Assembly (NCBI GenBank): GCA_965112735.1
Contig: OZ218962.1
Location: 2,542,001-2,606,000, forward strand
Source of the DNA: Phaeosaccion multiseriatum
Lineage: Eukaryota; Protista; Ochrophyta, other classes
DNA length: 64,000 nucleotides
Direction: 5' to 3'
Below, in pieces: positions 36,787 to 49,268 of the stretch. How positions within the stretch are numbered: the stretch's first letter is position 1; each line of letters opens with the position of its first letter. The translations under genes were made by a program, and so were the position numbers. Under the pieces are notes generated by a model. It did no database searches and was not told the origin of the DNA. It saw only the letters and a program-made list of their open reading frames with translations.

Positions 36787-36832
36787 AACTGAAATGAATG
36801 AACTGAACTGAACTGAACTGAACTGAACTGAA
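36787..36832. repeat. (AACTG)n pentanucleotide repeat
   Basis: Direct inspection. Confidence 0.85.
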
Positions 36833-37410
36833 GGTGAGGAGGGTTCACCCTTGCGCGTCGAACGTGTCACTGCAGTAGGTAGGCCTCCAGGGAGGAAATG
36901 CAGCACACAGACGGCCTATTTCCCTACTTCCCGAGGTGCCGCTCATGGCTCATACCCGCAAAGCAAGGATCAGCTTCAGTTTCACTTTCAGGTTAATTTT
37001 AATTTCACCTTGAGCAGGCGTAAAAATCGTACATACTTAGCAAGGACACACGTATGAATGCATATAGGGTGAAAACCTCTCACCCTCTCGGCAACCACCT
37101 CTCCCCGGGCTTCCTCCACATCGCGTGCTCCATTCACTGTGCTAAAAGAGCGAGAGCAAGAGCCTAACAGGGAGATGGCAGCTCATGGTCTCGGTCTAGG
37201 CTAGGCTTGCTCGTACCGTTGCAATTGCAGCCCACAAGAAAAGGTGGAGTAGAGGGTGCAGCAGCGATGGCTATGCCCTGCTGCGCTTCACCCCCGAGTC
37301 CAAGCCATGCGGATGTCTTTTCCGAAGCCAAGTCACGCCAAGCCAAGCCAAGCCAAGCCAAGCCAAGCCCTAAGCGAAGTCAAGCTACAGGTATGCCCTC
37401 CTATTCTGTG

Positions 37411-40046
37411 CTATACCTTGTTCAGAGCGCACTCGTGGCTCTTTACGACCATGTCCCAATACTGCGCCACCCCCTTCTGCGCCATTTGTTTCCGAGCTGT
37501 CATGCTGGTGTTGCACTCCTGTTTGTGTGTGTGGGGTGTTGGGAGAAAAGAAACAAGTTGTCACGGTAAGACGATATGGTATGGTGGCAGGGGGTCGGCG
37601 GGGGGTGGAAGTGAGGACGGTCCAAATGGGCCCCAGCAGCCGCAGAAACAGCATCAGGTGCAGCAGCACAGCAGCAGAGGGAGAAGGCGCCGCAGCAGCA
37701 GCAGCAGGCACAGCGGCAGCAGGAAGAGCAGGCAGGTCACCAATACAACAGAAGCACAGAGTGTGTTCTTTAGTTGTAGAGCCGATCCACCCACCCACCC
37801 ACCTGGAAGCGGAAACCCGTGAAACTCCTCTTGAGGATCGTTCCCCTCCACACGAGCTCACAAGGGCTGCCCACGGTCTTGACAGTGGCGGCAGTGTCAT
37901 CCTGTCAGGGGTACGTATCGAGGAAGGAAAGCAGGCCAGCAGTAGCAGTAGCAGTAGCAGGAGGACAGGCAGAGAGAGAGAGCGGTGAGGCAGGGGGAAG
38001 TGTTTGTAAAAAGGCGGGACTGACCCACCTTACGACGCTGAAAGTGATACTTCGCAACCTTTCCACCCCCTCGCACCCCCACCCAGCCCCCTCCCCTCCC
38101 CCTTCCCCTCCCTTCCCCCTCCTCTCCCCCTCTCCCTTCCCCTTGCCTGCCCCTCCCCCTTCTCCCTTTCCCATTCCTCTCCCCCCCACCTTCCCTCCTC
38201 TTCCCTCCCTTTTCCCTCCCCTCCCCTCCCCTCTCCCCTCCCCCTCCCCCCTCACCTCGTCATCCGAGTCGCTATCCAAGTCATCCCCGTCGTCATCGAC
38301 TCCCCACTTGATGCGCCTCGTCATGAGTTTCACATAGCGCTTCACCGACTTGGGACCCCCCTCCACCACCACCATGTTGATGCCGCTGTCCTTCAGCATG
38401 AGCACCTACATACAGAGGGGAAGGGAAGGGGGGGAGGGGGAAGGGAGGTAGGGAAGGGGAGAGGAGGGGGAGGGCATGAAAGGGTGCATCAATACACGAA
38501 TCCTCTTATCTCTTCATTCTCTGAGAAGAAACGGGAAAGAAGGCGAAGAAGCTAAGTAAGTCAACACGAAATGCAATGAATCTCTTACCGTGCCGGTCAT
38601 GTACATTTGCTGGGCATTAACGTCCACTTTGAAGCGCTTCTTGGGGTCATCCAAACTGCTCACACGGAACACCGCCACCTGTGAGTGTGGTCAGTCGGAG
38701 CACCACACACACCACGTAAGTTGGGGAGGGGGGGGGTGAGGATTGAGGTGAACGGTGGCCATTTCTCTTCTCTACCCCTCCTTTCTCTCCCTCTTCTCTT
38801 CCTCTTCTCTCTCTCTCTCTCTCTCTCTCATACGTCGCCATGTGCCCGGTCCTTCTCCATCCTCTCTTCCTCTCCCACCCACAATCAGATGATCACCATT
38901 CACATTCATTCATGCATTCATCATCCAAATCACCACCATAACCACCACCTCCTCCTCCTCCTCCACCACCACCAGCAGCAGCCTCGTACCACCAACTCGC
39001 TCACCTGCACCTCCTTGCTGTGGTCGGCGGCAATCTTATTCCTCTTCTTTTCCCTGCGCTCATCTGGAGTGAGCTTGGCCGCAAGGTTCTTCATGTCGTG
39101 CTCTTCCCTCCGACCCTGCACCTGACTCACTACCAGCTTCTCCACCTTGGATGGGTCCATGATGGCCTGCTCACCAATCACTCGCATAAAGTTTGACAGT
39201 TTCATTTTTGGCTCCGGCGTCTGTGGACGTGTCATGATGTTTGTATGGCACACAAGTAAAGATGGCAGCAGTCAAGATGAGGACAGTGAGTCAGTGCGAG
39301 ACACCAGTGAAGTAAAGTGAGTGAGTGAGTGAGTGAGTGAGTGAGGGAGGGATGGAGGCAAAGGTGTGCGTGAGGATGAGGCCAGAGAGAGGGGGGTTGG
39401 TAAGGCAGTTAAAAACTCAGACAGTCAGTAAGGCAAGCCCGTCAAGCCAATCAATCTCTCAGCGCGCCCTCCTTGTCCAATCTGCACTGTCTTCACCCCC
39501 CATGCCCTCCTTCTCTGCCTCACCGGAAGCAGCCCCAGTGCCCTCATATCCGCGTTCTCCTGCTCCTTCTCCTTCCGGTTCTGCCTGCGGATGCGTTTCC
39601 GCTCCTGCTTGGTGAGAAACACGGGCATAGGAGCTGACTTCTCCTTGGGGGCTTCCCCTGTCACCTGAAGGAGAGGGTCAGTTGATTCGTGTATGGAAGA
39701 GGTATAGCGGAAGGAAGGGAGGAGGGAAGGAGGGAAATTAAAGGCGTATGGGGAGGAAGCGAGAGACGAAAGGGCTCACTAACACTAGAGAAGCAGCTGC
39801 TTCCCTCCCATTTCCCCACCACCACCACCACCACCACCACCACCACCACCGCCACCGCCACCACCACAACATCAACCGCCATCCTCCCCTTCTCTCACCC
39901 CTTACGTACCTTGGCGGGGTGCTGTATATAGGGCAGAGTGTTGGAGTGCTCGGGCTTCATCCTTGCGTACAGAGCGTCAGTGCCCTTCTCGTCCTCCCCC
40001 AGCGGCTCAGGCTCGTACATGTCGGTTTTGCTGGACACAAAAGAGG

Positions 40047-40077
<31 letters not shown>

Positions 40078-42031
40078 AGAGAAAAAAGAGTCAGTGAGAG
40101 CACAAGTAGAGGCAGGGAGCCCCTCCTCAGAGCTTCTTCTGATGAGCCCACCCTTCTCTAAGTCAATAAACCCCCCTACCCACCTGTTGTAGTTGTTGAT
40201 GTCTCTTCGCTTCATGCGTAACTCCTTGTCCAAGAAGGGCTCGTCCCACCACTCCACCTCGGGGGGGGGGGGGTCTTGCACTTCTCTGCAGGGAGGGAGC
40301 TTGTCCAGCTGTATTGGGGTAGACACAGAGAGAGAGAGGGGAGGGGGGAGGGGATTAGAGAGGGAGGGAGAGGGGAGTAGAGAGTGAGGGGAAAGCGGGA
40401 AAGAGAAGTAGAGGGGGAGGGAGAGGGCAAAAGAGAGTGGGAGGAGGTGGAGAGGGCGAGACAGAAAGGCTGAGAGAAGGAGATGAATGAGAGATGCAAT
40501 GCATGAATAAATAAAAAAGATAAAAAAAAAACTTTACCTGTCACACGCACAGACACACACCCGCGCGATACACACCTGCTCTTCCTTCTTGAGTGCCGAG
40601 GCGATCTCGGGGTCAAGCACCTCCGCGTTATTAGCCCTGCCCTCAGCAATGCCCCTCAGCAGGCGGCGCTGTGCGCGACTCCGCATGGTTTCCGCCATCC
40701 GCTGGTACGTGCCCTGCTCCACAAAGTTGAAACCTCTGCGTGTGGGTGGGTGCGTAGGTATGTGTGGTTGGTGAGTGCGGGGCAATTGGGGGAGTTGGGG
40801 GCCTTGCGAAGAGGGAAAAGAGAGAAGGGGAAAAGAAGGACGCAGTGCTCACAGCATCAATTCAACGCCAAATACTGAGTGATGTTGCAAGTACACGGTT
40901 ACTAGCCACTATAGACGGCCCCTCTCACCTTTTTGGCCTCGCTTTGACCGGCTTCGTCGCGCTCACTTCTCTACCCCCCCCTCCCTCCTCGCCCCCCTCC
41001 GCCCCTCCTCCTGCTGCTGCTGCTTCTTCTGCTTCCACTCTATGCGCCAAGTAAGGGTTGGCCTTCGCTTTCACCTCTGCCGCTGCCGCCGCGGCTTTGG
41101 CGGCTGGGCCTTCCTTGTTAATCTTGAGCGTCGCTACGGCGGAGGCACCCCCGATGGATACTAGGTTGCCATCCGCATCCACCTGCCTGCCTTCCGAATC
41201 TGCGACACGACAGGCGGTTGGTTTGGTTACGGAGACATGCAAGGATGCATACTTTGGACGCGAAGGATGCCCCTGCCGTCCACTGTCCTGTCGAATGATG
41301 CTCATCCCATTCGGCCACCCCTCCCTGTAAGACACCAGACACTAACACAAACAGGACATACAGAGAGAAAGAGAAAGAGAGAGAGAGAGAGAAAGACGGC
41401 ATACCATCTCACAGACAGAGGGATACAGGTCTCACCTAATCGAAGGGAGAAGTCTCTCGCCTTCTTGGGTGCTGCCTGCCCGCCGAGGCCCACCCCGCCC
41501 CGCAGAGCTGCGTTCGAGCCCAAGGTGCTGCTGAGCTGAGCTTGGAGCCGCTCCTGCACGAAACATGGGGCGAGGAGGTTACGGAGTGTGTGCACGTGAG
41601 CTCGCGTAAGGCAGACGGAGGGACAGACAGACGGCTTGTGAAATATATAATCCTCAAAGTCGGCAAGACGCGGATAAGAGATCAGTCTCGCTTCCCCCCC
41701 CCTCTTGACCCACCTGCATAGCCTTGAGCTGAGCCGCTTTTGCCGCAGACGCAGACGCTGCTCCTCCCGCTCCTGCTGCTCCGTTCAGAGCGCCTGCACC
41801 CCCCCCGCTCGGTACAGTGCCCACCTTGCTAACCTGCTTGCTAATCTTGGACTCCAGTGCTGCCACGAGCTCTGCCGCTGACTTGGCAGCCCCTCCCACC
41901 GCAGTGGCTGCAGTAGCACCCTCATCTGCAAAGCGAGATCTACGCCTCTTGCCTCCACCCCCCTCCGCCTGGGCACCAGATTGGTCATCGTTGCCCGCCT
42001 CCCTCTCCCGCTTCTTGCTGTCCGCCACCAT
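37411..42031 (-). CDS. PRPF3: U4/U6 snRNP protein Prp3, multi-exon
   Basis: GFNFVEQG, PEVEWWD, YIQHP, VFLTKQERKRIRRQNR, LGLLP|TPEPKMKLSNFMRV, DPSKVE, KLTPDERREKK, FKVDVNAQQ, VVVEGGPK..KRYVKLMTRRIKW, CELVWRG, AQYWD. Confidence 0.95.
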
Positions 42032-42559
42032 CTCTCTATCTATTAACCTACTTCCTATTCCTGCGGCACGACTACCCTGCCGTTTGCGCCTGCTTCAGCT
42101 CGCACTCCTTCAAAGCTCGTTTTCTTCTACCACCATTCTTTAGCCTCTTTTTACCTTCATTGTCAACACCCTCCTCGCTTGCAATATACGTAAGGTTAGT
42201 GATATTATTACAGCTGACAATTTTTGTACCACCACAATATACACCCTTTCGATCCCCTTTCCCCCCAAACGTCATAAAAGGCCTATAAGGGCGATATCAC
42301 GAAAGAAAAGGCAGGAGAAGGAAGCGTAGCAGAAGCCATCTCTCAATCTTCCGGTTCTCTCCGGGTACGAGTAGGAAAGGAAGCAAGAGAGGGAATAAGG
42401 GCTGTCACTCTTCCCGCGCTTCTCCCTGCTTCTCCCATTGGTCGTTTCTCTGGGAGATCAAGGTCGCTCCGCTCGAGTGAAAAGTCATCTCGATTGCCCT
42501 ACTTCCTTTGTCTGCTTCTTCTCACCCTTTTGCCTGTCCAGGAGTAGGCACACCCACAT

Positions 42560-44659
42560 ATGGTCATCAACCCGTACGTCAAAAAGGTGAAGAAGCGTAG
42601 TATCCCCATGCCTGCGAGACCGCGAAAGAGCGCAAGGTAAGACCACCAGAAGGAATTGAGGAGGGATACGAGCACGAACGAGAGCGCGATGACGGAAAGG
42701 GCTTCGTGTTTGAGATGAAATTGTTGAAGAAATTCAAGTACTTCCGTTTCTTCCACTCACCAGGGTTGTTGATGAACCCATCAACATGGCACAGCGCAGA
42801 AGGGCCATCGCGCAGGAGACAATCAATATCACCAACACCCGAGGCTACGTTCTTCCCGATGGGGGCTGTGTGCGTATCGGTCCGAACATGTCCTTCTGCA
42901 TCGGCAACACAATGTGGCACCCTGCCAAGGACACAGCGGTGGGCAACTTCTTCGAGAAACACCTCCCGGGCATGCGGGGAGCGCACACCACGAGCATTCA
43001 TGTGGTCGAGCAAGACACCCTTGAGGCGGCCGGGGCGCTCTCACTCATTCTTGGACTGGACATGCCCCCCACGGAGCCTGGAGGAGGCCCCATTGCCGTG
43101 CTCAACTTTGCATGCCCCGTTAAGCCGGGTGGGGGGTTTCTCGCGGGGGAACAGGTGAGAGGAGAGGAGGAGAGGGCAGGGAGTGTGGCGGGTGGTGGTG
43201 GAGGAAGGCCGCGGGATCGGCTTGCATCAACCACCACAGAGTATATGATGTGGTGGCTGTGTTGAAAGCCAGCGGGACGGGAGCACTCATTTAATATTTT
43301 GACTCCCTTTGCCTTGCCCCGCCAGGCTCAAGAGGAGTGCATCGCTCGTGCCTCAGGATTGTATGAGGCTTTGAAGTCCCGTGGTGCCGCTCCGTTCTAC
43401 GATTTGAACAAAACCCTCATGAAGGACGGAACGTATACACACGCCATCGTCTACAGCCCAAGGGTGCCTGTCTTCCGAGCGGCCGGGGGGGGGCTTCTCC
43501 CCCAGGAGAAGGTCTTTGCGACCAGCGTTATCACCTGCTCGGCTGTAAGTGTGCCAGAGGTCATGAAGGTACAAGACAAGACAGGTGAGGAAAGGAAGAG
43601 GACGAGGCGCTAAGGAAAGGGAGAGGAAAAGACACACGCTTGCTTCTGCAGCATCCATTCCCTCATCCAGGCCCAACACAATCACCTCCTCATGACCATG
43701 TACTTACTGTAACCTTCATCCTGGCTATGGCGCATCTTGCCTCCTCGCCTCACTTCTCGAGCGTAGTTCCTGCTCCTCCAAATGCTTGGCTTGACTGCTT
43801 GTTTCCCTCTGGTGTGGCTTTCTGTTTTCGTCCTGGCCTTCCATCGCTGCGTTCGTCGTATCGTGTTTGCAGGCCAGCCCCTCGGGCAGCCTCTCCTGCG
43901 GGAGGTTTCCGAGGTCATGAAGACGAGGATACGGAAAGTACTCACCGTAGCGGCCCTGCATGGAGACGAACATCTCATCCTCGGTAAGAACTCGAAACCT
44001 GATTGGAGTCACTCCTGATTGGAGTCAGTCCTGATCGGAGTCAGTCCTGATTGGAGTCAAATTGGAGTCAGTCCTGATTGGAGTCAGTCCTGATTTGAGT
44101 CAAATTGGAGTCCCGTTGGGAGGTCAAAAGAGGGTTTCTCTGTTTGGTAGCGCTTCGCTTCGTTCGTGCTGAGGCATACCCAACTCTCGTTTTGTTTTGG
44201 CGAGGGATACGATGACGTACGATTCGATATGCTGGGTGCTCGCCTCCCGGTACACTTGTTGGTCTCCTCCTCCGTGTCAATGCACCTACCTGAGAACGCC
44301 GGCGCTCTCTGTTCTCTGTCTGCCTGCCTACGGGTCGGCCTTGAATTGTATAGTACCAGTGTCAATAGGAAGAAAGGCTAACGATCGCCCCATATGATGT
44401 CTGTGTATTGCGTCCAGGTGCGTGGGGCTGCGGCGGATGTAGGCAAGAGCCTACCAACGTTGCTCGTCTATTTAAATCCGAGCTGGACGGGCCTTTCGCT
44501 GGCGTGTTCAAGACCGTGCTGTTCGCCATCGTACCCGAGAAGAGAGGCAGAAGCAGCGTTCCTGGGAAAGAGGACACCAAAGCCAGAGCCTTCAGAGACG
44601 TGTTCTCCTGTTCCAAGGAGGAGGGAAACAGCACCGACGATAGCGCGAGGACTCAGTGA
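42560..44659 (+). CDS. Bacterial-type poly(ADP-ribose) glycohydrolase (TIGR02452/DUF2263 macrodomain), 5 exons
   Basis: Exons 42560-42636, 42764-43154, 43326-43584, 43873-43983, 44418-44659. Motifs: IAQET, VLNFA..KPGGGFLAGEQ|AQEECIARASGLY, IVYSPRVPVFR, LILG|AWGCG, VARLF, FKTVLFAI. Confidence 0.9.
43998..44112. repeat. Intronic 16 bp minisatellite (CCTGATTGGAGTCAGT)n
   Basis: About 6 full and 2 partial units. Confidence 0.9.
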
Positions 44660-45332
44660 TAAGGCGGGTAGTCTGGAGCACAAAGCACCAGAGATTGAGG
44701 GGAGGGGTAGACACGAGAGTTGCTGCCACCAGTGGCAGGATGGAGACAAGGTTGGGGGGGGGGGCGCAGCATGTCGCTCCTGCCTCGACACCTTTGGCCG
44801 GGGGGCCGAGGGCGGGGGGGGGCAAGTGAACGCATGTACATTTGTGGCATATATGGGGTATATGGTCAGTGTGTTGTAGGTAACAGGTAAGCCGAGGGGG
44901 CGGCATTTGTAGGTATATGGGGCGGGAGTCCGATTACAAAATACTCATTCGCTACTTGAAAGCAGTGTGTGTGGTCGGAGTGTGTGGCAGCAAGTGGAGC
45001 TTTTATCACGGGTGGGGGACAGGAGAGAGCCAAGTACAGGAAACCGATGATGTGCACGTGTTGGTTTGACGCCAACTGTGTGTAGAACTGTAATAATGTA
45101 ACGGCATTTTTGAGAGGAGGAGGTGTCAGAGGGGAAGGATGGCCGAACTCTTCTTCTCCCAAGGCTCGTAGAGGCCGGGATGGCAGGTGAAACCACTGCA
45201 TGTACCAGACACTGCCGAAAATAGCGACAGACTGAGGACTGGACTTTCCTCTGTACGACTCAATCCATTATCCCTTCTCCTATTTTCTCTTCTATTTCCC
45301 CTGCTGATCCTTTGGTCTTTCGGCCGAGGGAC

Positions 45333-47498
45333 ATGTCCAAGGCGGGACACTCCGTGAGAGGCCACTCGCACTCATACAGCCATGTGCAGCAGTATGACCA
45401 TAGCCAGCAGCAGGAACAGCAGCTGGAGAAGCAAAAGCAGAGATCCACGCGAGGGAGGACGGCGACAAGAGAGGACAACTCCTGCTGCTGGCGGAAGCGC
45501 TGGTGCCACTGCTGCTCCTGCTGCCGGAGCCGCTCGAGCGACAGCAGTGATACCGACGAGGAGGATGGGGAAGACACCGATTGTGAGGAGGAGGGGTACG
45601 ATGGGGCGGGACGTTCGTCCGCCTTAAAGGGGAGCGCTCAAAGCAGACGGGAAGCAAAGGAGGCTGAGGCCATGAAAAAGAAGAGAGAGAAGGTGCATTT
45701 ACGTCGCAAGTCCTCAATTCTCTTCAGTAGGTGGAGCGAGGAAGTCCAGGTAAGCACTGCAGATAGAGGCAAGACAAGACATACAGGTTGTCTTGTCATC
45801 ACGGGAACCACCAGCACCCTCTCTTGCGACAATAATTCACCTTCCTGCTGCTGCTCTTGCTGCCGCTTCTGATGTGTCTCTCCTGCGTTCCAACACGTCT
45901 TCTCCCTCCTGTGACCCAAATAGGCACCGATCCGCTTCAACTTGATCCTGTACGGAGACAAGGGCGTAGGCAAGACGTGCTTGCGGAATCGGTGGGTCGA
46001 GAACCGCTACACCCCCAACGCCGGCAAGTACACACAGGCGGAGCAGGAACGCCCATTCTGAGATGAATCCTACCTTGGCCCTGAGCCTGAGCCTGAGCCT
46101 GAGCCTGACTCTGACACTGGCCCTGACCCTGACCCAGAGCCTGACCCTGACCCTGACCCTGACCCTGACCCTGACCCCGACCCCGACCCCGATCCCAACC
46201 CCGACCCCGACCCCGACCCTGACCCCAAACCTTGGCCACTCAGCCTCCTCCCAGGGAGTGGACTTCAACGTGAAGCCGCTGCCACACATTGGTCGCGACG
46301 CCAAGGTCAACGTGTATGACACCAGCGGCAAGTTCGGTTTCAAGAGAATAGGCCTCTCATACCTGCAGGTACTCAGAGTACTCATCTTCACCTCTCTCTC
46401 CTCTCTGTCTCTCTCTTTTCTCTCTTCTCTCTCTCACTCTCTCGCTCTCTCGCTCTCTTTCTTTGGCTCTCTTTCTCTCTTGGTGTATATCTCTGAAATG
46501 GATTGGGGGTGTCAGTGCCTTTGATCATCCTCCCCCCCCCCCTCAGGAAGACCAAACACTCCATACGCCTCTAATCTCCCTGTACCTCCTCCCCTCCCCT
46601 CCCTGTGCCTGGTGTCAGGCCTTTGAGGCGATTCTCTACGTGTATGACATCACAGACATGTCATCTCTCATCGCTCTGAGAGAGTTCCTCACTAGCGACG
46701 AAGCCAAGCTTGCGCTGCGTATTCAGAGGAGGGACGAGGAGGTATGGAAGGACATAGAAACAAAAAAGAAGGACAGGACTTGAAACAACCCACAACGTGT
46801 TAAGCAAAGAGGCGAGGGCCCTCTTTAGTCTAACGACCCACCCTTTCTACGATACTACTGCAAGCCTCGTCCTTTCACGCCCGCCTGTCCGCCTCACTCC
46901 ACCACGAACCACGTCTACCAAATCATACGCCTCTGTCTGCCGACCTACCCACCTACCCACCCGACAGACCATGGGCACCGCAGCGGAGGGGGCCCCGAGC
47001 GCACACCACCAGGGGCAGGGCAACGGTCCACACCAACCCTCCATGGTGCTGGTAGGATGTAAGGCCGACTGTGGTGCACACGAGAGGGAGGTCGGGATGG
47101 AGACAGGGAAGGAGATGGCCGAGGAATTTGGAATGCGCTTTGCAGAAGTGTCCAGCGCCACAGGGCAGGGTGTGGAGGAGTGTTTCCAAGCGGCGGTAGA
47201 CCCCGTGGTGCAGCGGTTACGCGCCCGGGCCGCCAGTGGCGAGAGGAAGAGATTCCGCCATCACTCCTGCGTCAAGGAAGGGGGTGGGGGTGTTGGTGGG
47301 GGTGATGGTAGTGGTAGTGGAAGTAACAGCAAACGTCGTCACTCGGAGCCACCAAATCCCCGAGGGGAGTCGTCGCCAGAAGAGGGGTCAAACTGGAGAA
47401 CCAACGTGCGAAGGCTTCTCATACGAGTCGATAACGCGGCAGACGCTCCCCAAGGCGGCAAGGGGGGGCGCAGCGGCAGCCGCAGTGGCAGCAACGGC

Positions 47499-47531
<33 letters not shown>

Positions 47532-48900
47532 GCAGCAGCAAGTGCAGCAGGTGGTGACACAGCGGAAGATGAGCTGACCTCCACCTTCTCCCGCAAGCCT
47601 ACGGAAGTGTCTATGGAAGAGTTAAAGAGGGAGCTTGCCCTCCTAGATCCCAATGGAGCCGCCGCTGTGAGCATAGGGTAAGTGTCCCACACGTTCTTCT
47701 ATCCTCCTCCTCCTCCTCCTCCTTCTCCGCCTCCTCCTCCGCCTCGTCCTCCTCCGCCTCCTCCTCCTACTACTACTACTACTACTACTACCACTACTAC
47801 TACTCCTCATCCTCCTCCTCCCCCTCCCCCCTCCCGCTCCCCCTCCTCCTCCTCCTCCTCCTCCTCCTCCTCCACAACAGGGCCGAGGACAGGCAGTCGT
47901 CGGACAGGAGTAGGAGCAGCAGCCCCACCGCCACGAGGAGGAGCAACGCCATCGCCACAGCTTCCTCCTCTCTATCATCGTCCAGCCCCGCTGCCGTCGT
48001 CCGACGCTTCAGCGATAGTGTAACCAAGTCTTTCCCCACACGCTTCCGAGCCCCGGGCGGAGGCATGCTAAGTCCGATCTCGAGCCCTGTCGACGGTCGT
48101 AGCCCGGAGTCAACTTCTCCCCGCTCGCCCCGTTCGCCCCGCTCGTCTCATTCTCCTCGATCTCCCTCTCCCCGGGGGGGCTCTGTGTCTCCTCGTGCCA
48201 CGGTCACGTCTCCTAGCAGCAGCACGGCATCCCCCGGGGGGACACGCGGAGGACGAAGAGAGCACGAGAGCGGCGGCGGCAGTAACAGTATTGACATGCG
48301 TCATTCCTCCAGGGGGGCTGGTTCTCCTTCTGCTACAAGTACGGCCTCTGCTGCGTCCCCCCGGGGCACGCCCCAGCAGCGCAAGGGCAGCGGCCCGGTC
48401 ACGGCGGGAGGAGAAGGAGACTCGTCATCATCACCATCATCATCATCGGGCCGGGGTCGGTCATCGCTCGCACGTGGAAGCCCTTCCGCTGCTGCTTCTG
48501 GGGCCGATCCCCCTTGTTCCCCTTCGTCTGCTGCCGACCAACTCAAGAGCCAGAGCAGCTTCATCCTCGCCCAATGGAATCTCCCGAAGGACAAGTCTCG
48601 GGAAAGGCGACAAGTCGGGTGAGTGACTGGGTGTGGTGGCTGGCTGGAGGACATGAGCGGGTGCGTGCGTGAATGTTCCTGTGTGTGCGAGTGCCACGCC
48701 CGATCGCCCGTCGTCTCGTTAGGTGGTTTTGCCTCAGATTCGCTCTTTCGCACCCAGCTACTCGTTAGTCAGTAAACCCCCCCCTGGCATCCCTCCCTTT
48801 CGGCAGGTCTGTGCTACAGAGCCCTTCCGGTTCCCCGAGGGGTTCCGGGCGCAGCTCCCCTCGGAGCTCGGCGAGGCACCCAGATACCTCAGTTAATTAG
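45333..48900 (+). CDS. Atypical Rab/Ras-like small GTPase with long N- and C-terminal extensions, ~7 exons
   Basis: G1 GDKGVGKT, switch I SSQGVDF (via a GC-AG intron 46024-46243), G3 YDTSGK, ILYVYDITD, G4 LVGCKAD, G5 FAEVSSATGQGVEECF. Ser/Pro-rich tail, no terminal Cys motif. Confidence 0.75.
46078..46228 (+). repeat. (CCTGAC/CCTGAG/CCCGAC)n hexamer array in an intron
   Basis: About 25 units. Confidence 0.9.
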
Positions 48901-49268
48901 TGAATACCCAAGTAAGAAATAAGAGCTGATGTGTACTCACTCACGCGAGATGATGTGTAATGTAAGAGGAAAAAAAAAAACAAAAGAAAGAGGAAAGGGG
49001 GAAAAGGGGGAGAGAAAAAAGAGCGGGTATGGTCGCGGTTCAAATTTGCCATCTGTGACCGACTCGGTTGGGCACGTTTTGGGCGGCAGCCGGCCGACGT
49101 TGAGTTTTTGAGCAGCCAACGTGAGACGGTTGTTGACCCCTGCTCTACATGACTTGTCCCTCTGCAGCTACTCAGCTTCCACAGCAGGAAGAAGGGAAGG
49201 GAAAGAAGCGAGGGAAAGGGAGGGTCTGAGGCCGCAGGGAGGATCTAAAGAAAGTGTGGAAGGACAAC

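Noticed and set aside
43998-44112. Regular short repeats here and at 53516-53663 as a possible CRISPR array
   Set aside because: The units are contiguous with no unique spacers, lie in eukaryotic introns, and have no cas genes nearby.
48065-48622. Ser/Pro-rich ORF as a separate gene, or as a link fusing the GTPase to the histidine kinase
   Set aside because: It splices in phase to the Rab-like exons and ends at TAG 48900. The kinase has its own ATG at 49269.
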